Sequence record: PQ850623.1 | Source: Escherichia phage RudolfBernhard_Bas96 | Reading direction: 5' to 3' (one strand) | Length of the DNA stretch: 64,000 bases | Shown: positions 49,008 to 58,240 of the stretch, piece by piece | Layout of the letters: each line of letters opens with the position of its first letter | Position numbering within the stretch: position 1 is the stretch's first letter | Made by a program: the position numbers and the translations under genes | The notes under the pieces: model-generated | What the model was told of the DNA's origin: nothing | The model's input: only the letters and a program-made list of their open reading frames with translations | Database searches by the model: none

Positions 49008-49304
49008 TTACTTATCAGACTGGCTCGTTTGAGACACGTTGTACTGGTTCCCACTACCAACGTTAACGATTGTAGTCTGAGACTGTCCTTTATTAGACAG
49101 TGACCAAATCAGTGCTACTACCCAGAAGACTAAAGACCAGCCTAATACGATATTGAGTACACCAATGCCCCACTTAGAGACATGGCCCCGTGCAAAAGCA
49201 ATAATGGTAGGGATAAGGTATACAGCTAGTGCAAATAAAAGAACGAGGATTGCTGCTAAAGATTCCATGATGGTTCCTATGTGGGGTTGAGTTAGTTTCT
49301 TCAC
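49008..49304 (-). CDS. Membrane protein (two TM helices)
   Basis: 98 aa; helices LAAILVLLFALAVYLIPTIIAF and IGVLNIVLGWSLVFWVVALIW. Confidence 0.5.
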   Translation of the reverse strand: MKKLTQPHIGTIMESLAAILVLLFALAVYLIPTIIAFARGHVSKWGIGVLNIVLGWSLVFWVVALIWSLSNKGQSQTTIVNVGSGNQYNVSQTSQSDK

Positions 49305-49341
49305 AAATAGCCCAACTATGCTGGGCTATTTAGGCAGCTAC

Positions 49342-49554
49342 TTACTCATCTAAAGCTTTACGAACGTAACCACGTACTGAACGATAGCTTTCTTTTGCAG
49401 TTACAGTTCGTCCATCAATGAGATGAATTACAGCACCAGCCGGAGTTTCATCTACATCTACTACGTTAGTTGCAACAATAGTTTTACGCTGGGTACTGTC
49501 AACAGGAGTTACTTGAAATACAGACATGTTGTTTCCTTTAGGCATTTCTGCCAT
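49342..49554 (-). CDS. Hypothetical protein
   Basis: 70-aa ORF. Confidence 0.4.
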   Translation of the reverse strand: MAEMPKGNNMSVFQVTPVDSTQRKTIVATNVVDVDETPAGAVIHLIDGRTVTAKESYRSVRGYVRKALDE

Positions 49555-50104
49555 GGTTGGGGTTATAACCGAAAAGTATTTCGGCTTCTTTTCTTGTGGC
49601 TACTGCGTCATCTAACTCAGCAAACCATCCCAGGTGGATTTTATTCCCATTATCATAAATGGAAACATTCCATAAATTATGACGTTTACTATAGCTTACT
49701 CCGTGGTAACCACTTGTATTATTCGAGCTTAATGCCCTATTTTTTAAGTTATCTGACCTTGACCGGCTAAATAAATTAAAATGCCTGTTATTAGTGCGTA
49801 CACCATCATCATGGTCTATATCTTCTGGCTCAGTACCATGAAGCATTTTCCAGATAATACGGTGAGCATAGTAAAACTCACCATTTAATGTTCCGCGCAA
49901 ATAACCATTTTTAGATAATGAGGCTAGTGCAGGTTTCCCTGCCCATGCAGAATTCCATACATTAGCTACATGTTCTGGACTTCTTAGTGGGTTGCTGTTA
50001 AATGTCCACTCTGGTCTTACCTTCCAGGTTAATCCCCCAGTTAGTGGGTCATAATCTAAGCAAGCTAGTAACAACAAGCGATTTGGTAAAACCTTTGCTT
50101 TCAT
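49538..50104 (-). CDS. HNH homing endonuclease with AP2 domain
   Basis: 188 aa; HNH core IDHDDGVRTNNRHFNL and AP2-like GYHGVSYSKRHNLWNVSI...GWFAELDDAVATRKEAE. Confidence 0.7.
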   Translation of the reverse strand: MKAKVLPNRLLLLACLDYDPLTGGLTWKVRPEWTFNSNPLRSPEHVANVWNSAWAGKPALASLSKNGYLRGTLNGEFYYAHRIIWKMLHGTEPEDIDHDDGVRTNNRHFNLFSRSRSDNLKNRALSSNNTSGYHGVSYSKRHNLWNVSIYDNGNKIHLGWFAELDDAVATRKEAEILFGYNPNHGRNA

Positions 50105-50107
50105 TTT

Positions 50108-50614
50108 TTACTTACTTTCCCTAGCCTCTACCGGCATATTCGGTTGATTATTGTACTTGCCATTGTAATTAGCAGGCTCTTGAACCAGATGAAATAATAC
50201 TTGAGCTATCCCAGCACCAGCCGGGATATGCAGTTTCTTGCGACCTTGATAGACCAGTTCGAGGGTAAGATACCCTTTCCATCCTGGTTCTATTACGGTA
50301 TTGAACACTGATAATGCACGCCTTGCCCAGGTAGATTTATCGTGAACGATTGCTACACAGGAAGGGGACATGTTGAACTTCTCAATTGCTGAAGCCAATG
50401 CGAATTTACCGAAGTGGCGTTTAACAACCCCAGCATCGACAGTCTTCACCATTGGAATCAACCCAAATAAGCGATAGAAGGTGATGTCTTGTTTGATACG
50501 AATATCATAACCGGCTTCACCTAATCCATAACTTACACCATGCTCGGATACCTTACGGTCTGGTACATCCAGCAATTGAGATGAACGGTATAGAGAATTA
50601 CCATTAACAACCAT
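50108..50614 (-). CDS. dcd: dCTP deaminase-like (dUTPase superfamily)
   Basis: 168 aa; VIEPGWKGYLTLELV resembles the dCTP deaminase/dUTPase signature. Confidence 0.5.
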   Translation of the reverse strand: MVVNGNSLYRSSQLLDVPDRKVSEHGVSYGLGEAGYDIRIKQDITFYRLFGLIPMVKTVDAGVVKRHFGKFALASAIEKFNMSPSCVAIVHDKSTWARRALSVFNTVIEPGWKGYLTLELVYQGRKKLHIPAGAGIAQVLFHLVQEPANYNGKYNNQPNMPVEARESK

Positions 50615-51789
50615 TATTTCATTCCTTTAGGGATGTGAACTACCCCCCCAAAAGGTACGGTAGCATTAGGATTATTCAGAACACACCAGATGATAGGGAT
50701 ATCAAATGGCAATTCTTCCATTGGACGAACATACATATCGGAGAATACGATTGCAGCGGTTGGCTTATTCTTAATAATCCATTCACGCACTGGCTCAAGG
50801 TTTGTGCCACCACGACCAGTAATCTTAATCTCTTCAAAAGTATCTTCTTCAGTGATGTCTATTTCTTCTTGGATAATATCGTCGAAGGTAATAAGGGTCA
50901 TCTTCTTAGGATTGAACTGGCTCTTAACGTAGGCAACCTCTGAGTTAAAACGCAGAGAGTCAGCACTACTAATAGAACCAGATACATCCTCAAAGTAGGC
51001 TAAGTGTCGTAAGCGTCCTTCATCATCTTCCAGCGATGGTAGATAGATATCAGTGAAACGACGGTTAGGTCTGGCCCACGTATAGTGTGTATCATCAATG
51101 TCGGTAAAGAAGTTCAGCAGGACTTCCTGCCAAGGAACCACTGGTTTAAGGAATTGGGTAATTACCTCTTCCATACGACCAGCACCCTTACCTGGCATCA
51201 TTCCACCAGCCATCTTCTGGCTTTGCATTGCACGAACTACGTTGTTGACAACAGCGCCCTGGGACTGCCCCGAAGAGGGGGCTTTCATGTCGCCAGCAAG
51301 ACCTGCTCCAGCACCCCCTGACGGCTTCTGCCTTTTCTGAGGGTTCTTCATCAAGTCGTCGTAGATGTCTTCTTCGACCCATCCTTTATATTGAGGATCT
51401 TTGCAAATGCCTTCGTCAATACCGGTGAACTTGTAACCATCCTCTTCTAACTGAAGGTTAATGAAGTGGTCACATGCCTGGTTCCAGACTTCCGGGTCAC
51501 GGCTTCCACGACGGATGCCATGTAGATATGCCACATGCCAGAGTTCGTGCATTAGCACTGTTTCTCTTGTATCGGGACACATCCATATAAAGAAGTCTGG
51601 GTTGAAATGGAGTTCTATCCCATCAGTACATGCAGTGGGACAGTCTTCACGTTTCCATGAGAACTTAAGACTACACAGCAGTGAACCAAAAAACGCTGCA
51701 CTACGTCCGAGAAAGGCGTTAGCTTGGATCCTGTCGTACTCACGCATGAGTTGTTCATCACTAAGTGTGTGCTGAGGTATCTGGTTCAT
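50614..51789 (-). CDS. VWA-domain protein with N-terminal HExxH metallopeptidase-like motif
   Basis: ATG at 51789 (track start 52023 overlaps the AAA gene by 227 nt); HELWHVAYLHG motif; MIDAS-like DVSGSIS. Confidence 0.5.
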   Translation of the reverse strand: MNQIPQHTLSDEQLMREYDRIQANAFLGRSAAFFGSLLCSLKFSWKREDCPTACTDGIELHFNPDFFIWMCPDTRETVLMHELWHVAYLHGIRRGSRDPEVWNQACDHFINLQLEEDGYKFTGIDEGICKDPQYKGWVEEDIYDDLMKNPQKRQKPSGGAGAGLAGDMKAPSSGQSQGAVVNNVVRAMQSQKMAGGMMPGKGAGRMEEVITQFLKPVVPWQEVLLNFFTDIDDTHYTWARPNRRFTDIYLPSLEDDEGRLRHLAYFEDVSGSISSADSLRFNSEVAYVKSQFNPKKMTLITFDDIIQEEIDITEEDTFEEIKITGRGGTNLEPVREWIIKNKPTAAIVFSDMYVRPMEELPFDIPIIWCVLNNPNATVPFGGVVHIPKGMK

Positions 51790-51796
51790 GTTGTGA

Positions 51797-52849
51797 TTAT
51801 CCGTGAATGTAACGAGAGATATTGGCAGCAGCCTTACGCCACTCAGGGGTAGCCTGAATTTCTGGTAATGCTCTGCCCACTGTACGGAAGTACAGAATCT
51901 TATGGGTGAACGTTTTAAAGCGTTCAATGTACTGAAGAACATCTGTGAAGTTATCTTCAGTAGTTTTGTTAGCCAGATGGTTAACGGTAGCCCAACACAG
52001 GTTATTATCTTCAGGCAATGCACAGCCCAGAGGGTCTTTGACTACCTTCTCAATCGTAATCATACGATTGTATACCTGAGTGAACTGAACAAACTCTACG
52101 GCCTTACCTGGTGTAACAAAACCGCTGTAGTACAAGGAATCTTCATCAGGCAGAGCACCTTCTGGTTGGTTCTTGAGGTCTTTGTTAATGAAGTCCCAGG
52201 TACGTGGGCAGCAGAATGTCTTGTTCTTATGGGCGGGGTCGAAGTCGTGTAGATAGCCAGGGTTAGCATGTAAGAATGCAACCAGACGCTCATCCCATTC
52301 TTGCGGAATCATTACGTCTTCAACAAAGATGTCGAAGTTAAGTTCCATTTCAAAGTGAACAACACGAGACTGCATTGCAGTACCCAGTGGGTTAACGATA
52401 GCACGGTCAGTAGCTTTGTTACCGGCACAGATAATCATCACATTAGGGTGAAGTTTTTTCTGTCCAGTCATACGGTCTAGAATCAGTTTGTATGCAGCAG
52501 CTACTACTTCTTTCTTAGCTGAGTTGAACTCATCAAGGAACAGGAGCCAGCCATTATAACCTTCTGGTACTTCATCCCCCTCGATAGGGAATAAGTCAGC
52601 AAAGGGAATAAACTCTGCACGGTCACCTTTACGGAATGGTAGACCAGACAAGTCTTCCGGGGCAGAAGTAGACAGACGATGGTCAATCAGCTTCATACCA
52701 AATTCTTCTGCAACAGAACGAATAATTGCAGACTTACCCATGCCTGGTGATGAAGTCAGGAATGGTACGTTACCTGCTTGCAAGGCACGGATAATAAAGT
52801 TACGGGCTTGGCGTGTATTACATACAGTCAAGGAGTCAATGCTCGCCAT
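51797..52849 (-). CDS. AAA+ ATPase (MoxR-like, paired with the VWA protein)
   Basis: 350 aa; Walker A SPGMGKS, Walker B LLFLDEFN. Confidence 0.6.
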   Translation of the reverse strand: MASIDSLTVCNTRQARNFIIRALQAGNVPFLTSSPGMGKSAIIRSVAEEFGMKLIDHRLSTSAPEDLSGLPFRKGDRAEFIPFADLFPIEGDEVPEGYNGWLLFLDEFNSAKKEVVAAAYKLILDRMTGQKKLHPNVMIICAGNKATDRAIVNPLGTAMQSRVVHFEMELNFDIFVEDVMIPQEWDERLVAFLHANPGYLHDFDPAHKNKTFCCPRTWDFINKDLKNQPEGALPDEDSLYYSGFVTPGKAVEFVQFTQVYNRMITIEKVVKDPLGCALPEDNNLCWATVNHLANKTTEDNFTDVLQYIERFKTFTHKILYFRTVGRALPEIQATPEWRKAAANISRYIHG

Positions 52850-52883
52850 TTACTTACTCTCCTAAAGTTAATGGAATTACTAA

Positions 52884-53210
52884 TTAAGATTTAACGCATG
52901 GATACGCTGTATCAATTGCTAACAGAATCATGTCTGATGGTTTTTCTACTGCATTAACCTTTCGGTCATACAGAATAATAGAGGCCACTTTGTCAAAAAG
53001 GTGACCTAACTTAATACCATCAGGTACACAGTTATTTCCTGCTTCTGCTCCCATGGTAACCATGCCCATGAAGTAACCCTGGTTCAAAAAGTTACCCTTA
53101 TCTGCTTTGTAATCAGCAGCAGCTTCCAATAAGGTTGCACGACTGGATGCTTGAGCACCGAAGGAAAGAACTGATAAAGCTACTAGAACAACAGCAATTA
53201 AAGTTTTCAT
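52884..53210 (-). CDS. Secreted/periplasmic protein with cleavable signal peptide
   Basis: 108 aa; N-terminus MKTLIAVVLVALSVLSFGAQA looks like a Sec signal peptide with AxA site. Confidence 0.5.
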   Translation of the reverse strand: MKTLIAVVLVALSVLSFGAQASSRATLLEAAADYKADKGNFLNQGYFMGMVTMGAEAGNNCVPDGIKLGHLFDKVASIILYDRKVNAVEKPSDMILLAIDTAYPCVKS

Positions 53211-53396
53211 TTAGTCACCTTTTAACTCGTTGAGTTGAAGTACTCCGGTAGGGGTTAATGACCACCCAAAACCAGCATTGAATTGTACTAAGCCCAGTTT
53301 CTTAAGAGACTGTGCTGTTTTGTTATTATGGTTGCGGGTAGCAGAACCACCTTGAACCATGCGAAGGAAGATTGCTTGGGACTGGGTAAGTTTCAT
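53211..53396 (-). CDS. Hypothetical protein
   Basis: 61-aa ORF; coupled to flanking genes. Confidence 0.35.
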   Translation of the reverse strand: MKLTQSQAIFLRMVQGGSATRNHNNKTAQSLKKLGLVQFNAGFGWSLTPTGVLQLNELKGD

Positions 53397-53581
53397 TTCT
53401 TCTCCGGTACGAACTGCATTACGCAGCTTTGATTACGAGGGATATTCAATTCACATTCATGCTTGAGGGTTTGTGTTACAGAATTTGGAGTAGAACCAAA
53501 GTAGGTATTAGAAATAGCTACAATTCCCGCACCAATTAACCCACCTAACAAGAATGAGAAGAATGCAATCTCTTTATACAT
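53393..53581 (-). CDS. Small membrane protein
   Basis: 62 aa; one TM helix (IAFFSFLLGGLIGAGIVAI). Confidence 0.4.
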   Translation of the reverse strand: MYKEIAFFSFLLGGLIGAGIVAISNTYFGSTPNSVTQTLKHECELNIPRNQSCVMQFVPEKK

Positions 53582-53605
53582 TTCCTGGCTCCAGGTTGTT
53601 TAAGT

Positions 53606-53635
53606 CAAAAAAAGACCTCCCTTTATTAGGGAGGT
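53606..53635 (-). terminator. Rho-independent terminator
   Basis: 8-bp stem GACCTCCC/GGGAGGTC; TTTTTTT on the - strand. Confidence 0.65.
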
Positions 53636-53686
53636 CAATCTTGAGGGTTTCCTTTCAGGGTTTATAACCCCAAATAAGGGATACCC

Positions 53687-54520
53687 TTATTCTGCAACAG
53701 TAACAGCGATGGTTACATCGACAGTACCGTTGGTAACTACTACAGAAGTAGCATCACCAGCAGCCACTGGTTTAACTGTCAGTACGTTACCAGCAATAGT
53801 AGCTGTAGCACGACCTGAATCTGGAGCAGTCTTGATAGACAAAGTACCAGCAGATGAACCAACAGGCATAGCTGCAATGGTTACATTCTTACCTTCAGCA
53901 GTATCAGCAGCAACAGACAGAGCCAGTGAAGCAGGGGTAGCTACCAGTGAGCTTGCTTTGTAGTAACCTACAGCCAGCAACGAGGTATCTTCTACCGTGG
54001 TTCCATTAGCATCAGTAACAATCACTTTATAAGTACCAGCAGAAGTAGCTGTTACGTTGTTAAGGGTCAATGTTGCAGTAGCAGCAGAAGGGTTAGTACT
54101 GGAACTAATATCAGCGAATGCTGCACCAGCAGTATCAGTTTTGAATTGCCATTTATAAGTAAATGGTGCTTTACCACCTGCTACCTCAATATGCCAGTTA
54201 ATATCTTCATCTTTAATGGCAGAGATTACACGAGGCAGTTTGGTAGCAATAGTCAGGCGTGGAGTAGCTTTCATGTCGATAGTGACCGACTGCATATCCA
54301 CGATGTTGTCAGGCCAGAAGCCTTCTTCAGCAGGGTTTTTAGCAGAGCGTTTATACAGCAGGTCACGTACACCGTGAAAAATAACTAAGCTATCAGGGTA
54401 AGTGGCATCCGGATGTACAAAAGTACCTACTTCCACAGAACCACCTGGAACACTACCACCCGAATCAAGCACGGTAGCAACGTTGGTAGTTTTATTAAAC
54501 GCAATCTTTAAGGTTGGCAT
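53687..54520 (-). CDS. Ig-like domain capsid decoration protein (N4 gp17-like)
   Basis: 277 aa; Thr/Ala/Val-rich beta-strand repeats typical of bacterial Ig-like domains; next to the RNAPII genes as in N4. Confidence 0.5.
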   Translation of the reverse strand: MPTLKIAFNKTTNVATVLDSGGSVPGGSVEVGTFVHPDATYPDSLVIFHGVRDLLYKRSAKNPAEEGFWPDNIVDMQSVTIDMKATPRLTIATKLPRVISAIKDEDINWHIEVAGGKAPFTYKWQFKTDTAGAAFADISSSTNPSAATATLTLNNVTATSAGTYKVIVTDANGTTVEDTSLLAVGYYKASSLVATPASLALSVAADTAEGKNVTIAAMPVGSSAGTLSIKTAPDSGRATATIAGNVLTVKPVAAGDATSVVVTNGTVDVTIAVTVAE

Positions 54521-54566
54521 GCATGTATCCTCTTGAGTAAATATGCCTAATCATTATGAAGGCTGA

Positions 54567-54597
54567 TAAAAAAGAAAGCCACCCTCAAGGGTGGCTA
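54567..54597 (-). terminator. Rho-independent terminator
   Basis: Perfect 8-bp stem AGCCACCC/GGGTGGCT with TCAA loop; T-rich run on the - strand. Confidence 0.65.
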
Positions 54598-54792
54598 GTT
54601 GTTGATGTGGTAAATCCAGTAAGCTATCCAACCGGCTAATACAAAACATCCGGCAGAGTATGCTCCATAGTAGCAATAGGCAAACTTGGATTTGTGGGCG
54701 TTAACTATAGTGAGTATCATAATAGCAGATAAAACTATCAGTACAGTTTTAGTAATAACATCATAGATGTCTGGCATGTTGACTACCTCCAA
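54595..54792 (-). CDS. Small membrane protein
   Basis: 65 aa; two hydrophobic helices. Confidence 0.45.
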   Translation of the reverse strand: MEVVNMPDIYDVITKTVLIVLSAIMILTIVNAHKSKFAYCYYGAYSAGCFVLAGWIAYWIYHINN

Positions 54793-54829
54793 GCAAAAAA
54801 TAAAAGCCCCATACCCGAAGGTATGAGGC
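54793..54829 (-). terminator. Rho-independent terminator after RNAPII genes
   Basis: 10-bp stem (one mismatch) with CGAA loop; TTTTATTTTTT on the - strand. Confidence 0.7.
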
Positions 54830-54836
54830 CAGTTTA

Positions 54837-56054
54837 TTAACTTAATGCATAGTCTGTTTCAAGAATGTCCTGCCAGAGGCTGTCATCCAGCTTACCAGCG
54901 GAGAACTCTTGTCCCAGTACCTGAGACAGGATGAAGCCCAGCAGGTCACTCTTAGCAATGTCAGACAGAATCTGATTGTACTGACGACGCAAGTCATTGC
55001 CATAGTTAGGGTGGCAACGGAAGCAGTCATGTACAGTCATTACAGGGAATGGTTTCTTAGGCATGGTATTGAGCGTAGCCATGATTACATCTGTATCAAC
55101 CAATGCAATCGTTACTGAGTCCAGATAATCAAAGATACGGGTAGACAGGAATCCCGACTTCTCATAGTTAGTCCACAGTGTGTTAACCATTTCATAGTTA
55201 TCATTGGAGCCAACCATGTAATCACTGGTTCCTTCGCAGAGGGACTTAATATAGTTCACCTGGTTCATGCTGAAGTTACAACGACGTAGCATCTCGCGTA
55301 CCACCATCCCATCAATAGAGTGGGTGATGTTAGCAGATAGCATACGGGTCTTTTCTTCAGTACCCTGAACCATACGAGTGATATCGAATGGTTTACCTAA
55401 GAAGTTAACAGTCTGTACTTCAGGAACCATGACCTTAATGACAGCGTGGAAGTTGTCAGGCAGTACCCATACGTAACGGTTAGCATCCGGGTTGCCACAT
55501 TGCAGTAAGAACTTGTTCAGTGCCCAAGGACCACTAGCAACAGTTTTCATTACATTCTCAAAAGTCTTGATACGGATACCTTCACCGAATACTTCTTTCG
55601 GCTTAGCTTCTGAACCATAGAATGCAGTCATAACTGCCTGCTTAGTATCACTACGTTTAATACGAGATGCTTCTCCAAGGATGTCCAGCATCTTGTGGTA
55701 GATAACTGTGTAAGCATCACGACGTAATGGCTTACCATTCTCTCCCATGTAGTTAACTACGTTACACAGTTCAGCAGCAGAACGGTCACCAGTCAGGCAA
55801 GCCAGTAACTGTAAGCCAGATGATGTAGCATCCAGAGCTACGGCATAACCGATAGGCTTACCGGCTTTCATATCTTTCCATGCGTTTACACCAGCGTAGA
55901 ACAGCGCAGATTCTTCAGCTTCATCTACCAGATTGAACAGGTTAGCTTCATTCTCGTCGAACCAGCTAATACGTTCATCCCATGTCTTCTTATCCAGACC
56001 GTAAGAGTTCGCAATATCAATTTTTAAATACTCTTTAGCTGTGAAAATCTGCAT
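54837..56054 (-). CDS. N4-type RNA polymerase II large (catalytic) subunit, T7-like
   Basis: 405 aa; T7 RNAP motif A-like DATSSGLQLLACL, motif B KQAVMTAFYGS, motif C VHDCF. Confidence 0.75.
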   Translation of the reverse strand: MQIFTAKEYLKIDIANSYGLDKKTWDERISWFDENEANLFNLVDEAEESALFYAGVNAWKDMKAGKPIGYAVALDATSSGLQLLACLTGDRSAAELCNVVNYMGENGKPLRRDAYTVIYHKMLDILGEASRIKRSDTKQAVMTAFYGSEAKPKEVFGEGIRIKTFENVMKTVASGPWALNKFLLQCGNPDANRYVWVLPDNFHAVIKVMVPEVQTVNFLGKPFDITRMVQGTEEKTRMLSANITHSIDGMVVREMLRRCNFSMNQVNYIKSLCEGTSDYMVGSNDNYEMVNTLWTNYEKSGFLSTRIFDYLDSVTIALVDTDVIMATLNTMPKKPFPVMTVHDCFRCHPNYGNDLRRQYNQILSDIAKSDLLGFILSQVLGQEFSAGKLDDSLWQDILETDYALS

Positions 56055-56055
56055 C

Positions 56056-56637
56056 TTAGGCTCCTAGTTTCCACTTATATCCGTATACTTGTGCATACGT
56101 ACCATTAATTACTTGATTAATATTAGAAGGTATACCATTAACACTTCGTGCAGCAGCACTAAGTGAATGGAACGTCTTAATGTATTCGCCATCTAGTGAG
56201 TACTGCTCAACAGGCTTAGCTGATTTAGTATTGATGCCATTAATTGCATCAGAGTAGTACCTCTTTACGTTGGTATTAGCTGTAACAATACGAATGTTAT
56301 CCAAGGAATAACCTTTGTAATCATCCAACCTGTCTAAGCTAGGCTTCAAGGCAGTTGGATAATCTTCTAATACCCACTTGTCATACAATGTGTGAAATTC
56401 TTTGTTTGAATATACCCATTTCTTTAGCTCCTCCTTAGTGAAGGACACAGGAGTAAATCCTTTCTTCTTGGTTCTACTAATAGAATTGGAGTACATTTGA
56501 TTAATGACCCCATGTTTTGAACGGGTAAAGCGTTTAAGGCAGTCTTTACAGTCTGCCCTTACACCTTGTTTGCCAGTGGACTGTTTATTGAACATGTCCA
56601 GAGGCAAGTTCTTCTTACATACTGAACATGTCTTCAT
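56056..56637 (-). CDS. Homing-endonuclease-like protein inserted between RNAPII subunit genes
   Basis: 193 aa; N-terminal Cys cluster CSVCKK...CKDC, central YSLDNIRIV, C-terminal repeated DNA-binding-like modules; sits exactly between the two RNAPII genes. Confidence 0.4.
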   Translation of the reverse strand: MKTCSVCKKNLPLDMFNKQSTGKQGVRADCKDCLKRFTRSKHGVINQMYSNSISRTKKKGFTPVSFTKEELKKWVYSNKEFHTLYDKWVLEDYPTALKPSLDRLDDYKGYSLDNIRIVTANTNVKRYYSDAINGINTKSAKPVEQYSLDGEYIKTFHSLSAAARSVNGIPSNINQVINGTYAQVYGYKWKLGA

Positions 56638-56638
56638 A

Positions 56639-57457
56639 CTAATCCTCGTTTACTAGTTCTTTATCTGCAAATTCAATCACTGCCTTGTTGTAGGATGTCC
56701 CTTGAAAATTAATATGGTATCCACAGGCATAGGTTCTGCCCCTCTTGTCATACTTATGCGCTAGTGAGAAGTTATTGCCTTCCTGAGTCACTAATTCCAT
56801 TACTTCTTTAGCAGTACGACTGTACTTCTCAAAGGCTTTAACTCGTTTCTCATAGTCCTGACGGGTTTCACCCTCTTTGGGTTTATCCATATTAGGACGA
56901 GAGTCTTTTACATAGTTAGCAACGTCCCAGTTAATACAGAGGCGTTGGTTGTTCATACGGTTGATGTGGTCAAGGCAGACGTCCATCTCATGATGGTTCT
57001 TCTTGAGGATGATGCTTCCTTTAGTCTGGTAGTAACCAGTATCCCTGTTAGTTCTGACGGGATTGGGAGCACTTACTATAGGTAATGGATACTGGAATGC
57101 TTCCAGTTCCATCTGAACATCTTCACTAATCTCATAGATAACACCGAACTTGTCGATGGTAGGGTCATAGTTGAAGCAGTCATTCTCTGCCATCTTATGC
57201 AGACAGTCAGCGATGTACTGAGCATCATCTGAGTGACTCATGAGAGAGCCAATCATAGTCTGGATGTCAGCACGTTTATGTAGGGCAATCTGCACCATTG
57301 CATCAATGAGCAGCTTATAATCAATATCTAAATAGGCAGCGAATGCCTTAAAGTCAATTTCTTTGGAGTCCTCGAATTCCTTCCTCATGCGAGGCAGTAA
57401 TTGATTTTTATTGAATAGGACTTCAAGCTGCTTCTGATGTTCAATAGATGAGTACAT
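56639..57457 (-). CDS. N4-type RNA polymerase II small (N-terminal) subunit
   Basis: 272 aa; GGAGA RBS; assignment by adjacency to the catalytic subunit and N4 gp15/gp16 arrangement. Confidence 0.5.
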   Translation of the reverse strand: MYSSIEHQKQLEVLFNKNQLLPRMRKEFEDSKEIDFKAFAAYLDIDYKLLIDAMVQIALHKRADIQTMIGSLMSHSDDAQYIADCLHKMAENDCFNYDPTIDKFGVIYEISEDVQMELEAFQYPLPIVSAPNPVRTNRDTGYYQTKGSIILKKNHHEMDVCLDHINRMNNQRLCINWDVANYVKDSRPNMDKPKEGETRQDYEKRVKAFEKYSRTAKEVMELVTQEGNNFSLAHKYDKRGRTYACGYHINFQGTSYNKAVIEFADKELVNED

Positions 57458-57488
57458 CGCATATTCTCCAATTAGTTAATTACCACAA

Positions 57489-57501
57489 GGTGCGGAGCAC
57501 C
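57489..57501 (-). promoter_or_regulatory. Candidate vRNAP early-promoter hairpin GGTGC-GGA-GCACC
   Basis: Perfect 5-bp inverted repeat around a GGA triloop on the template (+) strand, 38 nt upstream of the RNAPII small-subunit start. Confidence 0.5.
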
Positions 57502-57505
57502 CTTC

Positions 57506-57856
57506 TTATGACCAGTAGTTGTAAGCATCACCTAAGTGTTTACGCCATGCTTCAGGTAACAGTACATTGCCAGTAACATTATTGAACAGGTATGGGTCCA
57601 GAAAGTCATCTCCCATTACTTTGAAATCCCACTGTGGATTAGTAGATGCATAGGAAATAAAGCCTTCAACGAAGCCATAGATAGCACCCTCTTTAATTCG
57701 GTTACCATTGCCATCCCTTACTGGAATGGCAAAGCTATTACCATAATGACCGTAGGCCATACCCCAACGTGCACCGTGCTTCTTATAGGCTAACTTGGCA
57801 GCAGCATTGGTATGCTGACCTAATGTGTTAGTAGTGAATACGAAGATTTCTTTCAT
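57506..57856 (-). CDS. Hypothetical early protein with Gly-rich Rossmann-like N-terminus
   Basis: 116 aa; IFVFTTNTLGQHTNAAAKLA...GNSFAIP pattern. Confidence 0.45.
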   Translation of the reverse strand: MKEIFVFTTNTLGQHTNAAAKLAYKKHGARWGMAYGHYGNSFAIPVRDGNGNRIKEGAIYGFVEGFISYASTNPQWDFKVMGDDFLDPYLFNNVTGNVLLPEAWRKHLGDAYNYWS

Positions 57857-57859
57857 TAG

Positions 57860-58240
57860 TTACCCTTTTGGATTTTCTACAAAATAGTTATACATAGCCC
57901 GAACGAGCTTCTCTTTAATAACCTCACCATGACATGGTTTCGGATAACAGAAGCATTGTAAGGCTAGGCCTTTTTCATCAATGGCTTTATTACCAAGACG
58001 ATTGAGTTCATCCAGTACAACTGGATTACCTTTATCAATCTGTTCTTGCAGCCAGACTTTATACTTAGCAATTACTTGCTCTCTGGTTCCATGCTTACCA
58101 ATGACGAATGGATTGCCTAACGGTGAGCCACGACCAATGTACTCACCGTATTTACCGTGATGTTTATTAACAATGATAATCGGACGTGCGGATATACCCA
58201 ACAGAGCATTGGTGTTATCACCTAATGAGATAGTTTTCAT
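57860..58240 (-). CDS. DUF4326-like protein
   Basis: 126 aa; GNPF motif and LQCFCYPKPCHG Cys/His motif as I recall DUF4326. Confidence 0.4.
   Translation of the reverse strand: MKTISLGDNTNALLGISARPIIIVNKHHGKYGEYIGRGSPLGNPFVIGKHGTREQVIAKYKVWLQEQIDKGNPVVLDELNRLGNKAIDEKGLALQCFCYPKPCHGEVIKEKLVRAMYNYFVENPKG

Noticed and set aside
50635-51775. Several + strand ORFs (50635-50943, 51085-51340, 51461-51775) opposite the VWA gene
   Set aside because: Antisense to a gene with clear domain motifs; short and Arg/Pro-rich.
50614-52023. ORF-track start of the VWA protein at 52023
   Set aside because: It would overlap the AAA ATPase gene by 227 nt; the internal ATG at 51789 just after the ATPase stop is more plausible.
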